NCBI GenBank assembly: GCA_021790235.1
Contig: JAJYID010000003.1
Location: 20,038-84,037 of the forward strand
DNA: 64,000 nucleotides
Source of the DNA: a bacterium
Lineage (GTDB): Bacteria; Patescibacteriota; CPR2; UBA1875; JAJYID01
Direction of reading: 5' to 3'
In this document: piece by piece, positions 52,933 to 62,217 of the stretch
Numbering within the stretch: position 1 is the stretch's first letter
Layout: each line of letters begins with the position of its first letter
The notes under the pieces: generated by a model
The model's input: only the letters and a program-made list of their open reading frames with translations
Databases searched by the model: none
Told to the model about the DNA's origin: nothing
Made by a program: the position numbers and the translations under genes

Positions 52933-53295
52933 TTATAACAAATCAATCTCTTTCACCAACTCTGGCATAACTTTCAAAATATATGCCGTCATCTTCAAAT
53001 ACTTCAAGGACTTTGTACCTTCCTTTTGTATAAGTTCTTTTCCCTCTTTAAAATGAACCGCTTCTAATATAAGAATACTGGCAAGCGGTCTGGACAAGAC
53101 AGCGTTTCCTTGAGTTTTTAGTAAAGGCACTTCACCATCCAAATAAAAGTTTCTCTGTCCTTGCTTCAAAAAATCATAGATCTTCCCGGTTTCTATTTTC
53201 TCTGGCAGACATTCTTCTCTTTTTCTGTTGCCCTTTTTAAATTCCTCAAAATCTCTGAGTGCGAGATCCGGATTAAACTCAACTTGAATACCCAT
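52933..53295 (-). CDS. hypothetical protein (120 aa) abutting parB
   Basis: The ATG follows the parB TAA with no spacer (TAAATG). No motif recognised. Confidence 0.55.
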   Translation of the reverse strand: MGIQVEFNPDLALRDFEEFKKGNRKREECLPEKIETGKIYDFLKQGQRNFYLDGEVPLLKTQGNAVLSRPLASILILEAVHFKEGKELIQKEGTKSLKYLKMTAYILKVMPELVKEIDLL

Positions 53296-54168
53296 TTAGT
53301 TGCCTTTCATGAAAAAGCCGATGATTCTTTCCCGATCTTCGTCTGAATCATAGTTTATAGTAATTGATCCGCCTTTTCTTTTGGGTCTTATAGTCACCTT
53401 CGATCCCAGCGTCTCACTAAGTTCTTTCTCTATTTGAGCCACATCCGGATCCGACTCCACCTTATCTTTTTTTAACTTCTGGCCGGAGATGACTTCACTG
53501 ACTTTCTTTTCAGTTTCTCTGACAGAAAGTTTTCGGGAAATAATGAGACCCAAGAGTAAAATCTGCTGTTCAGTATTGATGATAGCTAGAAGGGCGCGAG
53601 CATGTCCTTCGGAAATCTGTCCCGTATTTAAAGCTCTTTTAATCTCAACCGGGAGACTGAGAAGACGGATTTTGTTTGCAATTTGGCTTCTCGACTTTCC
53701 GACTCGTCCGGCCACCTCTTCCTGAGTCAGGGATAGTTCACCCATAAGTTTCTGATATGCCAGGGCTTCTTCGATAGCGTTTAGATTGTCTCGCTGAATA
53801 TTTTCAACCAAGGCCAGCTCAAGTTTCTTCAGTTCTTTCCCGTCACGAACTATTACAGGCACTTCTGAAAGACCCAGAACTTTTGCAGCCCTGAGGCGCC
53901 TCTCTCCGGCTATCAGTTCATATCCGCTTCCTGATTTCACAACTATTAATGGTTGAATAATGCCGTTTTCTTTAATTGACTCGGCTAAGTCTGCCAGTGA
54001 CTCATCGTTAAAAGTTTGTCTCGGTTGTACCGGGTTCGGCTCTATTGAGTTCACCGGAACATTTAGAAAGTTTCCCTCAGGTTTGTCACTTGTTGACACA
54101 TTATCGTTTCCGATCGGAATCAAAGCATCGAGTCCGCGTCCAAGACCCCGTGAATTTTTTACTGACAT
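53296..54168 (-). CDS. parB: chromosome partitioning protein ParB/Spo0J
   Basis: RGLGRGLDALI, ..QPRQ.F.., IAGERRLRAAK, HTH ..LTQEEVAGRVGKSRSQIAN. Confidence 0.95.
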   Translation of the reverse strand: MSVKNSRGLGRGLDALIPIGNDNVSTSDKPEGNFLNVPVNSIEPNPVQPRQTFNDESLADLAESIKENGIIQPLIVVKSGSGYELIAGERRLRAAKVLGLSEVPVIVRDGKELKKLELALVENIQRDNLNAIEEALAYQKLMGELSLTQEEVAGRVGKSRSQIANKIRLLSLPVEIKRALNTGQISEGHARALLAIINTEQQILLLGLIISRKLSVRETEKKVSEVISGQKLKKDKVESDPDVAQIEKELSETLGSKVTIRPKRKGGSITINYDSDEDRERIIGFFMKGN

Positions 54169-54923
54169 TTTATGTGCACCTCCTTTGCCAGACTTTTATA
54201 AGCATTCGCGCCTTTGCCAAGCTTATCGTATTTAAATATACTTTTTCCGAAACTCGGGGCTTCAGCCAAACGGATGTTCCGCGGGATAATGGTATCAAAA
54301 ACCTTACCGGGGAAATGTTTTTTGACTTCCTGCTCGACCTGCCTTGAAAGTATCGTTCTTTTATCATACATCGTCAGCAAAACACCAAGCAAGTCAATAT
54401 TCGGATTCAAACTTGTTTTAATTCGCTGAACCGTATGCAAAAGCTGGCTTAAACCCTCAAGAGCGAAATACTCGGCTTGTACGGGGATTAAAATCTTATC
54501 AGAAGCAGTTAATCCGTTAACCGTCAGAAGTCCCAATGAAGGCGGAGAATCCAGAAAAATATAATCATAATCATTAGAGAGTTTTGCCAATGCATTTTTC
54601 AGCTTATGCTCGCGTGCAAAATGTGACACAAGCTCTACTTCGGCAGCAGCCAGAACAGTTGCTGAAGGAATAATATGCAAGTTTTGATACTTAGTACGAA
54701 AAATCGATTCCTGTGGGTTGATTTCATTGATTAAAACATCATAGAGTGATCGTCTGAGAGCATTTCTATCAACACCGATGCCGCTAGTTGAGTTACCTTG
54801 AGGATCTAAGTCGATCAAAAGCACTCGATTGCCTTCGTGCGCAAGATAAGCGGCCAAGTTTATTGTGGTAGTAGTTTTACCAACTCCGCCTTTTTGATTT
54901 GTTACCGCAATAATTTTGCCCAT
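54159..54923 (-). CDS. parA: chromosome partitioning ATPase ParA/Soj
   Basis: MGKIIAVTNQKGGVGKTT deviant Walker A, LLIDLDPQGN. Start moved to ATG 54923 (the track ORF has 19 extra codons). Confidence 0.95.
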   Translation of the reverse strand: MGKIIAVTNQKGGVGKTTTTINLAAYLAHEGNRVLLIDLDPQGNSTSGIGVDRNALRRSLYDVLINEINPQESIFRTKYQNLHIIPSATVLAAAEVELVSHFAREHKLKNALAKLSNDYDYIFLDSPPSLGLLTVNGLTASDKILIPVQAEYFALEGLSQLLHTVQRIKTSLNPNIDLLGVLLTMYDKRTILSRQVEQEVKKHFPGKVFDTIIPRNIRLAEAPSFGKSIFKYDKLGKGANAYKSLAKEVHIKCQ

Positions 54924-55036
54924 AGTTCCTTTACTATAGCAGAAACGATTATCAATTTGAATACAGACCTTATTCCTCATTATATAAATAAGAAAGGGAG
55001 CATAACATTAAGCCATGCTCCCCTATCCTTGCAACC

Positions 55037-55071
55037 AAGATTGGGGAAACAAAAACTGTTTCCCCAATCTT
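55037..55071. repeat. 14-15 bp perfect hairpin without U-tract between the AAA-CYTH gene and parA
   Basis: AAGATTGGGGAAAC-7nt-GTTTCCCCAATCTT read directly. Confidence 0.5.
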
Positions 55072-55111
55072 TCTAGACTTTTGGGTATGCCATTATAGCG
55101 CACCTTCGTTT

Positions 55112-56242
55112 TTAATGAGATAATGCCAGGTAAGCATTCGAGTATTCTTTCTCTCCCGTCACCTCTCGAATAACTTTAATAAACGGAGGCAGTTGCACAG
55201 TATCATTTTCCTCAGTTAACTCAATTTCCAGAAGTATCAACCCTTTATGCTTTTTCGGATGTGAAAGAACATCCAGCTCAAAGTATTGATTTTTCCAAGG
55301 GAAGAGAGTTCTTTTCTTCCTGACAGGTGATCTCATCGAATCAGCATGAGCATCAATCTCATCAAAATACTCTGCCGCCGTGATCATATGTTCCGTTTCC
55401 AGCCGCTTACCCAGAGTATCCGTTTGAACTTTTCTTGTCTTGAAATAAATATAACTGTTATCTTGTCCTCTCTTACGTACCCGAATTTCCTCTTCCTCGT
55501 TACTAGAAAACAAGTAGACCTGTTCAATATCTACAGTTGTATAATGAAGTATTTTATCCCAATCTATGCTTTCAACCAAGAATTTGCGCTCATACTCAAT
55601 GGGGACCGGGACTCCAAGAATCCTGCACATTGCCTGGAAAGTCCTTCTGATTTTACCCTGAAAATCAGTTGAGTTATCAATAATAGAAAGATGAGGAACA
55701 CCGGTCCAAGCTTTAATGGTCTTCTCATCAGTCTCCCTCGCTTGTTCTGCGGTCTCCCATCTTGCCGAATTATTCTCGCATTGATAATAATCTTCAGCGC
55801 CATTCGCAGCTGTTACGAGATGCACTGCACCATTGTATCGGCGATCTCTTATCTCCGGTATTTTTAAGTAGTTTGCATGCACAATAGCAGCAAACCTTTC
55901 CTTCCCTATATAGGGCTCACCGTCCATCGTCCCACGATCTGTCAGGACTAAAGGTTTTGAACCTGGGTTTGTGCGGAGGTGATCCTCCGCTAATCTAGAC
56001 ATTGAATCTTCCCAAGCAAGCTGCATTCGCAAGACTTCTTCTTCAAAACGGAAAAACTGAGATTTGGAGAGACTTTTAAGATCAAGCCCGGCTTTTTTAA
56101 ATCTGGTTGCCATCTCTTCCACGAGGAAAACTTTAAAGCCAATGTCTCCAAGCTTTTCAACACAGTAACTCATGCCGGTAGTTTTGCCTCCACAAGGGCC
56201 ACCTGTCACAACAACCTTTGGTATATGTAGGATATCTGTCAC
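55112..56242 (-). CDS. P-loop NTPase/kinase (AAA_28, NadR-like) fused to a CYTH triphosphate-tunnel domain
   Basis: VVVTGGPCGGKTT P-loop and LVLTDRG. The C-terminal domain starts EYERKFLV (ExExK) and ends ..LLEIELTEEN..REVTGEKEYSNAYLA. AAGGGGAA lies before the GTG at 56242. Confidence 0.7.
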   Translation of the reverse strand: MTDILHIPKVVVTGGPCGGKTTGMSYCVEKLGDIGFKVFLVEEMATRFKKAGLDLKSLSKSQFFRFEEEVLRMQLAWEDSMSRLAEDHLRTNPGSKPLVLTDRGTMDGEPYIGKERFAAIVHANYLKIPEIRDRRYNGAVHLVTAANGAEDYYQCENNSARWETAEQARETDEKTIKAWTGVPHLSIIDNSTDFQGKIRRTFQAMCRILGVPVPIEYERKFLVESIDWDKILHYTTVDIEQVYLFSSNEEEEIRVRKRGQDNSYIYFKTRKVQTDTLGKRLETEHMITAAEYFDEIDAHADSMRSPVRKKRTLFPWKNQYFELDVLSHPKKHKGLILLEIELTEENDTVQLPPFIKVIREVTGEKEYSNAYLALSH

Positions 56243-56451
56243 CTGATTCCCCTTTTGGTAAGGTACATGCACATTAAAACACAAATGCCAAGAAGTTTCC
56301 CTCTCAGCATATTTAGTTTACCACAAAAAAAGTTTTTCACATATCCCGAGATGATTTTGTCAATGAATCAATATAAAAAATCCCGTTTCCCGAAAGTCTC
56401 TTTAGTAATATAAGAGAGAATTCTCTGAATGTCTGAGATAGGTATTAAAAA

Positions 56452-56790
56452 CTACTTGACGCTTATTTTTTCTACCTGCACCTTTGTGAGCTTTTGCCTG
56501 TGTCCAGTCTTTTTACGGTAGTTTTTTCTTTTCTTATATTTTAACACTACTATCTTATCGGCTTTTTCTTGAGAAATAATCTTCACTCTAACATTCCCAT
56601 TCTCGATGATCGGTTTACCTACCTCAACTTTATCACCATCTGCCACTAAAAGAATATCTTTGATATCGAGTGTCTTGCCTTCTTCGGCATCAAGCTTTTC
56701 AACCAATAATGTGTCACCTTCGGAAATTTTGTATTGTTTTCCGCCGGTTTTTATAATTGCAAATTTTTTAACTTTAGTTTTTTCCGCCAT
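56452..56790 (-). CDS. rplU: 50S ribosomal protein L21
   Basis: FAIIKTGGKQYKISEGD..KYKKRKNYRKKTGHRQ. Confidence 0.94.
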   Translation of the reverse strand: MAEKTKVKKFAIIKTGGKQYKISEGDTLLVEKLDAEEGKTLDIKDILLVADGDKVEVGKPIIENGNVRVKIISQEKADKIVVLKYKKRKNYRKKTGHRQKLTKVQVEKISVK

Positions 56791-56860
56791 TTTTTCAACT
56801 TGATTTAAGCACTAAAAAATTATACTAGAAAATCCTGTTTTGGTCAACGAGAATCTGACT

Positions 56861-57043
56861 CTAAGGTTGAACAGATTTGAGAAAATCCCAAAACTGAGGC
56901 CATGTTTTGTCCGCCGCTTCCGGATATTTGAAACCAGCACCCTTGCCATCTGTTTTCGCTTTCATAGCTATGGCCTGAACGACTCGATGATCTTTGGATA
57001 AAATCGGCCTACCTGCACTATAGTTTGCAAGTTCTTTTTCCAT
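56861..57043 (-). CDS. C-terminal fragment of an EPSP synthase (AroA)-like gene
   Basis: ..SKDHRVVQAIAMKA..KTWPQFWDFLKSV parallels AroA GDHRIGMM..SYPTFFEHLNKL (from memory). It is in the same frame as 57173..57736. Confidence 0.55.
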   Translation of the reverse strand: MEKELANYSAGRPILSKDHRVVQAIAMKAKTDGKGAGFKYPEAADKTWPQFWDFLKSVQP

Positions 57044-57172
57044 CTCTTCTATACGATTACTTTCGTGCCCTTTAAGACTCGGTCAGCAACTCTCTCCATC
57101 CTACTTACCGATCAAATCAAATGTCCTCGCGAAACAATAATCTTCTGCCTGCTTTGGAACAAAGTCTAATGC

Positions 57173-57736
57173 CTAGCCTTTGAACTTCCTTAAAAATGCC
57201 TCGGCCTGGACAGAAATCGTTTTATCATATTTCGGTTCCCACTTTTCACTAGCTTGTCGCTTACTATTCCAATGATCCACAGTTTTATAAGTTAATGATA
57301 ATTTAAAAGGTGGATTTTCAATTTTTTCAGTATTCCCGCATAATACAGCTGCACTTGCCCACTGCGATGTGCCATGGTCTAACTTCAAAAGCTCGGAAAG
57401 TGGGTAGTTGATGATTTCAGAATTACTGCATATTTTTCTTTCTTTCAATGTCTTATGCTTTGTAAATTTCTTATTTAATCCATATTTCCACGACACAAAT
57501 TGCAGAAATCGGAAAAGAGTTCCCGATTCACCAACATCTATCACATCACCGGTCAACCAATCCTCAAGCGCTTTTTTAAGAGCAAACAAATCATCGCTTA
57601 AATATTCCTGCTCATCCAAGAATTGCAGGATATCATTTCTCCCATGCAACAAATCCAAAATACCCATTCTCATAATCCAGGACTTGTCCAAAGGTATGTA
57701 TTTTTGAAATTTTGAATTTAGAGTTTGATTAGACAT
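57173..57736 (-). CDS. N-terminal fragment of an EPSP synthase (AroA)-like gene (enolpyruvyl transferase fold)
   Basis: IPLDKSWIMRMGIL (PGDKS..R), LSDDLFALKKAL, DVGESGTLFRFL (GN(A/S)GT..R.L), TLKERKI (KERP), GTSQWASAAVL (SSQ). Confidence 0.6.
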   Translation of the reverse strand: MSNQTLNSKFQKYIPLDKSWIMRMGILDLLHGRNDILQFLDEQEYLSDDLFALKKALEDWLTGDVIDVGESGTLFRFLQFVSWKYGLNKKFTKHKTLKERKICSNSEIINYPLSELLKLDHGTSQWASAAVLCGNTEKIENPPFKLSLTYKTVDHWNSKRQASEKWEPKYDKTISVQAEAFLRKFKG

Positions 57737-57761
57737 TGAAAATTAGTAATTGAAAATTTTA

Positions 57762-58859
57762 TCAGAAATCTATCTTCTTATGATGAATGTGGATGCTTTC
57801 GAGAATTCCCAGAGAAACTAAAACTACGATTACTGATGAGCCGCCGAGACTGATGAGGGGGAGCGGTATCCCGGCCACCGGCGCTATCCCCAGATTCATT
57901 CCGATATTTAGAAAAACATGAAAGGCAAGCATTGCCACGACTCCTGTCGATAAATACATTCCAAAATAGTCCCTCGACTTGGCAGCAATCAAAATACCGC
58001 GAAAAATCAAAACTGCAAAGAGCACAAGTACCACAAAAACCCCGACAAACCCCATCTCTTCAGCTAGAGAGGCAAAAATAAAGTCAGTATTTTTCTCTGG
58101 GATAAAATTCAGTTGAGATTGTGTCCCATGACCAAGACCTCTGCCAAAAAGCTGGCCTGAGCCGATAGCAATCTGCGCCTGCGTCACGTTATAGCCGGCG
58201 CCTTTTGGATCGCTCGACGGATGCACAAGTGCTATAATTCTCTGTTTTTGATAATCATGCATAGTTATCCATCCTACCGGGACTAAAAGCAGTGCAGCGG
58301 CAACTAAAATTATAATATGTTTCAGACGTATTCTGCTGACCGCAAGCATTGCTATCCAAATCACAATAAAAACAAGTGCTGTCCCCAAGTCCGGCTGTAT
58401 TAGAACTAGAAAAGTCGGTATAGCAAAGTAAATACCAGACTTTATGATCGGCTTCAGCTTGTGCATTTCCTCGGCAAAGTCGCTGAAGTATTTCGCCATC
58501 ACAATAATAATAAGCAGTTTCACAAACTCAGACGGCTGAAACTGAAAACCGGCTATAGTAATCCATCTGGTCGCACCCATAGAGTTTTTACCCAAAAAAT
58601 GTACAACAATAAGGGTGAAAATCAGGATAATATAGAGAACACTGCTCCAGTTAAACATGGTTCGATAATCAAAAAAAGCAACAAAAAAGAAAAAAATTAA
58701 TCCAATCAAGCCAAAGATCGCCTGCTGCCATGCTTCTTTACCGCCGCCAACCATACCAAAGGTTGTAGAATAAATAACTGCAATACCGATAGCAAAAAGA
58801 AGTATGCCGATGACAATAATGACCCAATCAAAGTTTTTTAAGGCGCGCAAGTTAAACAT
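57762..58859 (-). CDS. rodA: SEDS-family peptidoglycan polymerase (RodA/FtsW)
   Basis: 10-TM protein with ..QPSEFVKL.., ..PDLGTAL.., ..TDFIFA... AAAGGA lies 9 nt before the ATG at 58859. Confidence 0.85.
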   Translation of the reverse strand: MFNLRALKNFDWVIIVIGILLFAIGIAVIYSTTFGMVGGGKEAWQQAIFGLIGLIFFFFVAFFDYRTMFNWSSVLYIILIFTLIVVHFLGKNSMGATRWITIAGFQFQPSEFVKLLIIIVMAKYFSDFAEEMHKLKPIIKSGIYFAIPTFLVLIQPDLGTALVFIVIWIAMLAVSRIRLKHIIILVAAALLLVPVGWITMHDYQKQRIIALVHPSSDPKGAGYNVTQAQIAIGSGQLFGRGLGHGTQSQLNFIPEKNTDFIFASLAEEMGFVGVFVVLVLFAVLIFRGILIAAKSRDYFGMYLSTGVVAMLAFHVFLNIGMNLGIAPVAGIPLPLISLGGSSVIVVLVSLGILESIHIHHKKIDF

Positions 58860-58977
58860 AACAGCCAATCCTTTGGATTATAAATTTCTAAGTCCTAATT
58901 TCCAATTTTCAATGAATGACTTAATTAAATCATTCGCAAAATTTAGGATTGTTTAGTTACTGGATATTGGTTACTTA

Positions 58978-61908
58978 TCAATATAAACGCTTCACTCCTA
59001 ATTCAATACCTATTTCTTCAATCTTCGTCTTCTCACTGTAATCCGCTTTCTCTGTATTGCCAACCGTAACCTCTTCGGCAAGAGTTTCCTTTGAAATGTA
59101 TTCGTTTTCTTTCTCAAATACAGATTTGAGCACATTATCGGCCGTACTCCAAAATAGATGGATTCTGTCTTCCACGTTAAATCCGGCTTTCTTTCTCATC
59201 GCTTGGACTTTCCTGACTATTTCCCTCGCCAAACCCTCGATCTTTAACTCATCGGTAATTTCTGTGTTAAGCACAATAGCCTTTTTCAAATTATTATCAT
59301 ACATAACCTTTTTCACATTAACTTCTTCAGCAATAATCTGTTCTAACCCCAAATTTAATTTTGGGCCACCATAAGTCAAGCTTGCCAACGGCTGGCGGAC
59401 TTTGATGCCTTGCTCATTTCTATCTGCAAGCCCCGCCTCGACAATATTTCTGGCGTTCTGCATTGCATTTTCCATTTTCTCATTTATTGCATCTTTATCC
59501 ACTCGAGGCCACTCAGATAAATGAATACTCTCACCTCCTGCTAAGTTCTGATAAATATTTTCACTAATAAAGGGTATAAACGGCGCGAGAACTTTAGTAA
59601 AATCTACAAGAATTTCATACAAAGTATCGTATGCAGCCGTTTTGTCCGTGTCGTTTTCACTCTTCCAAAATCTTCTCCTTGAACGTCTTACATACCAGTT
59701 TGACAAATCATTAAGAAACTGCTCGATTTCTTGCGTAACCTTGTAAATGTTGTACCTTTCGAGATGTTTAGTCGCTGACTCAACCAGTTTGTTTTTACGC
59801 GATAGGATCCATTTGTCGAGAATGTTTTCTGAATTTGTATGTTTTCCGCTTGGTACGTAATTATCAACATTCGCATATGTCACAAAAAAGCTGTACACAT
59901 TCCAGTAAGTCACCAGAAATCTTTTGGCTTCGCCGACCAGTTTGGCAGAGAAGTTTCTCGGATTTCCCGGCATGGTTGCACTATACATATACCATCTGAG
60001 CGCATCCGCGCCATGAGCGCTCAAAACGTCCCAAGGGTTTACAACATTCCCTTGTGATTTGGACATTTTCTGTCCTTTCTCATCTAAAATATGACCTAGA
60101 CTGATCACATGTTTGTAAGCAGAACCTTTGTCTAAAAATGTTGAAATAGCAAGAAGCGTGTAGAACCATCCTCGTGTTTGATCCACCGCTTCACAAATAT
60201 AATCAGCAGGGAAGTGGCTATCCAAGTTTTCTCCCGAATTTGAAGCAAAGGGATAGCTCCACTGCGCATAAGGCATAGCACCGGAGTCAAACCAGCAGTC
60301 TATAACATGAGTGTAGCGTTTGAATTCACCTCCGCAATCGCACTCCCAAGCATATTTATCAATATACGGCCTATGCGGATCGAAGTCTTCCGGAATATTT
60401 TTATCAGTTTTCTCACCCAACTCTTTATATGACGAAATTAATTCTTTTTTGCCGCACTTGTCGCATTTCCAGATCGGCAGCGGCGTGCCCCAATATCTTT
60501 CTCTAGATAGTGCCCAATCCTTGGCTTCGCGAATCCACTCACCGAAACGGCCATTTTTCATATGTGACGGATACCAGTGTACTTCTTCATTATTTTTAAC
60601 CAGTTCCTTTCGAAGTGATGACATTCTGATATACCAAGTATCCCGCGCATAATAAAGAAGGGGAGTGCCGCATCGCCAACAGTAAGGGTACGAGTGTGTA
60701 TACTCTTCCTCTTTGAATATCAAGTTGCGTTTCTTTAAATCGGAAATTATAAGTGAGTCCGCCTCTTTGGCAAACTTCCCTTTTCCGACCTCGGTCAACA
60801 TATTGCCCTGTTCATCGACAGTCATCAGTACAGATAAATCATTTTCTAGACGCCCAATATTATAGTCATCTTCACCAAATGCCGGAGCAATATGAACTAT
60901 GCCCGTACCATCTTCGGTTGAGACAAAGTCACCCATGATAATTTTGTATTCTTCCGTGTCCTTTTCATTTTTAAACTTTGCCCCCTCCGCAAAAAGAGGT
61001 TTATAATGTTTGGCACCTTCCGTCGGCCCATTGAAAACATTCTCAATGATTTCCTTGCCGTAAAATTCTTTGAGAATTTTGTATTTCTTGATTTCAAGTA
61101 CTTTTTCCAGCCGATCCTTGGCCAGAATATATTTCTCGCCCTCTGACTCAATTTTAACGTATTTAATTTCAGGTCCAAACGCAAGACCCGAGTTTCCGGG
61201 GAGAGTCCATGGTGTTGTTGTCCATGCTAGAAAATACATGTCTTTTTCACCTTCGACAGGAAATTTGACGTAAACCGTGCTTTCAGTAACATACCTGTAT
61301 CCTTGAGAAACTTCGTGAGACGAAAGCGCCGTCCCGCAACGCGGACAATATGGCACGACTTTATAACCCTCATAAAGCAAATCTTTTTTCCAAGCTTCAC
61401 CCAGCACCCACCAAAGCGATTGGATGTAATGCGAGTCATAGGTAATGTAAGGATCTTTGGTATCAACCCAAAAACCAATTTTTTCCGTCAGCTCTTCCCA
61501 TTCTTTGACGTACTTAAAGACACTTTCGCGACATTTTTTGTTAAATTTCTCAACACCATATTTTTCAATATCCGGCTTACCCGAGATACCAAGATTCTTC
61601 TCCACTTCAAGTTCCACCGGAAGCCCGTGAGTATCCCAGCCGCCTTTCCTATCAATATGATAACCCTGCATAGTTTTATAGCGAAGGATAATATCCTTAA
61701 AAACACGGGATAGAACATGGTGGACTCCGGGTCTGCCGTTTGCTGTCGGCGGCCCTTCAAAGAAAACAAAATCACCCTTATCACTCCGGTTTAGTCCAGA
61801 ATCTCTCTTCTGCGTTTTCTCAAATACCTTCTCATCTTTCCAAAACGAAAGAACCTCCTCATCAATTTTCGGAAAGTCGGGTCTAGGATCTACTTTTTTA
61901 AATGCCAT
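58978..61908 (-). CDS. ileS: isoleucyl-tRNA synthetase
   Basis: PPTANGRPGVHHV (HIGH), KMSKSQGN, a CP1 editing insert and zinc-knuckle cysteines. 976 aa. Confidence 0.96.
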   Translation of the reverse strand: MAFKKVDPRPDFPKIDEEVLSFWKDEKVFEKTQKRDSGLNRSDKGDFVFFEGPPTANGRPGVHHVLSRVFKDIILRYKTMQGYHIDRKGGWDTHGLPVELEVEKNLGISGKPDIEKYGVEKFNKKCRESVFKYVKEWEELTEKIGFWVDTKDPYITYDSHYIQSLWWVLGEAWKKDLLYEGYKVVPYCPRCGTALSSHEVSQGYRYVTESTVYVKFPVEGEKDMYFLAWTTTPWTLPGNSGLAFGPEIKYVKIESEGEKYILAKDRLEKVLEIKKYKILKEFYGKEIIENVFNGPTEGAKHYKPLFAEGAKFKNEKDTEEYKIIMGDFVSTEDGTGIVHIAPAFGEDDYNIGRLENDLSVLMTVDEQGNMLTEVGKGKFAKEADSLIISDLKKRNLIFKEEEYTHSYPYCWRCGTPLLYYARDTWYIRMSSLRKELVKNNEEVHWYPSHMKNGRFGEWIREAKDWALSRERYWGTPLPIWKCDKCGKKELISSYKELGEKTDKNIPEDFDPHRPYIDKYAWECDCGGEFKRYTHVIDCWFDSGAMPYAQWSYPFASNSGENLDSHFPADYICEAVDQTRGWFYTLLAISTFLDKGSAYKHVISLGHILDEKGQKMSKSQGNVVNPWDVLSAHGADALRWYMYSATMPGNPRNFSAKLVGEAKRFLVTYWNVYSFFVTYANVDNYVPSGKHTNSENILDKWILSRKNKLVESATKHLERYNIYKVTQEIEQFLNDLSNWYVRRSRRRFWKSENDTDKTAAYDTLYEILVDFTKVLAPFIPFISENIYQNLAGGESIHLSEWPRVDKDAINEKMENAMQNARNIVEAGLADRNEQGIKVRQPLASLTYGGPKLNLGLEQIIAEEVNVKKVMYDNNLKKAIVLNTEITDELKIEGLAREIVRKVQAMRKKAGFNVEDRIHLFWSTADNVLKSVFEKENEYISKETLAEEVTVGNTEKADYSEKTKIEEIGIELGVKRLY

Positions 61909-62160
61909 TTTGTATTGTCATTTCGACCACCGCCACATTAGTGGCAAGCGGAAGAATCCCTTTCTCTTAACAATGTCAAATTTTACTATTTGCAAGGTCT
62001 GGCATTGCAAACAAAACTAAATATTAAAAACGTGCCCATCCAGGCACAAACAATTATACTTTTTTTGATGTATATGGTCAATCATGAAAGCTACATATTT
62101 CCTTTTTGTTACACTAATATGTATTAGTGTAACAAAATCGGAATAGAAAGTTATAGAAAG

Positions 62161-62195
62161 AAAAACGGGCGGCGCTCTTAAAGAGCGCCGCCCGT
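62161..62195 (-). terminator. rho-independent terminator of the 62218..62910 gene
   Basis: ACGGGCGGCGCTCTT / AAGAGCGCCGCCCGT near-perfect palindrome (62165-62195), followed on the minus strand by TTTTT. Confidence 0.75.
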
Positions 62196-62217
62196 TGTAT
62201 ACTGCCCTTATTGAATA

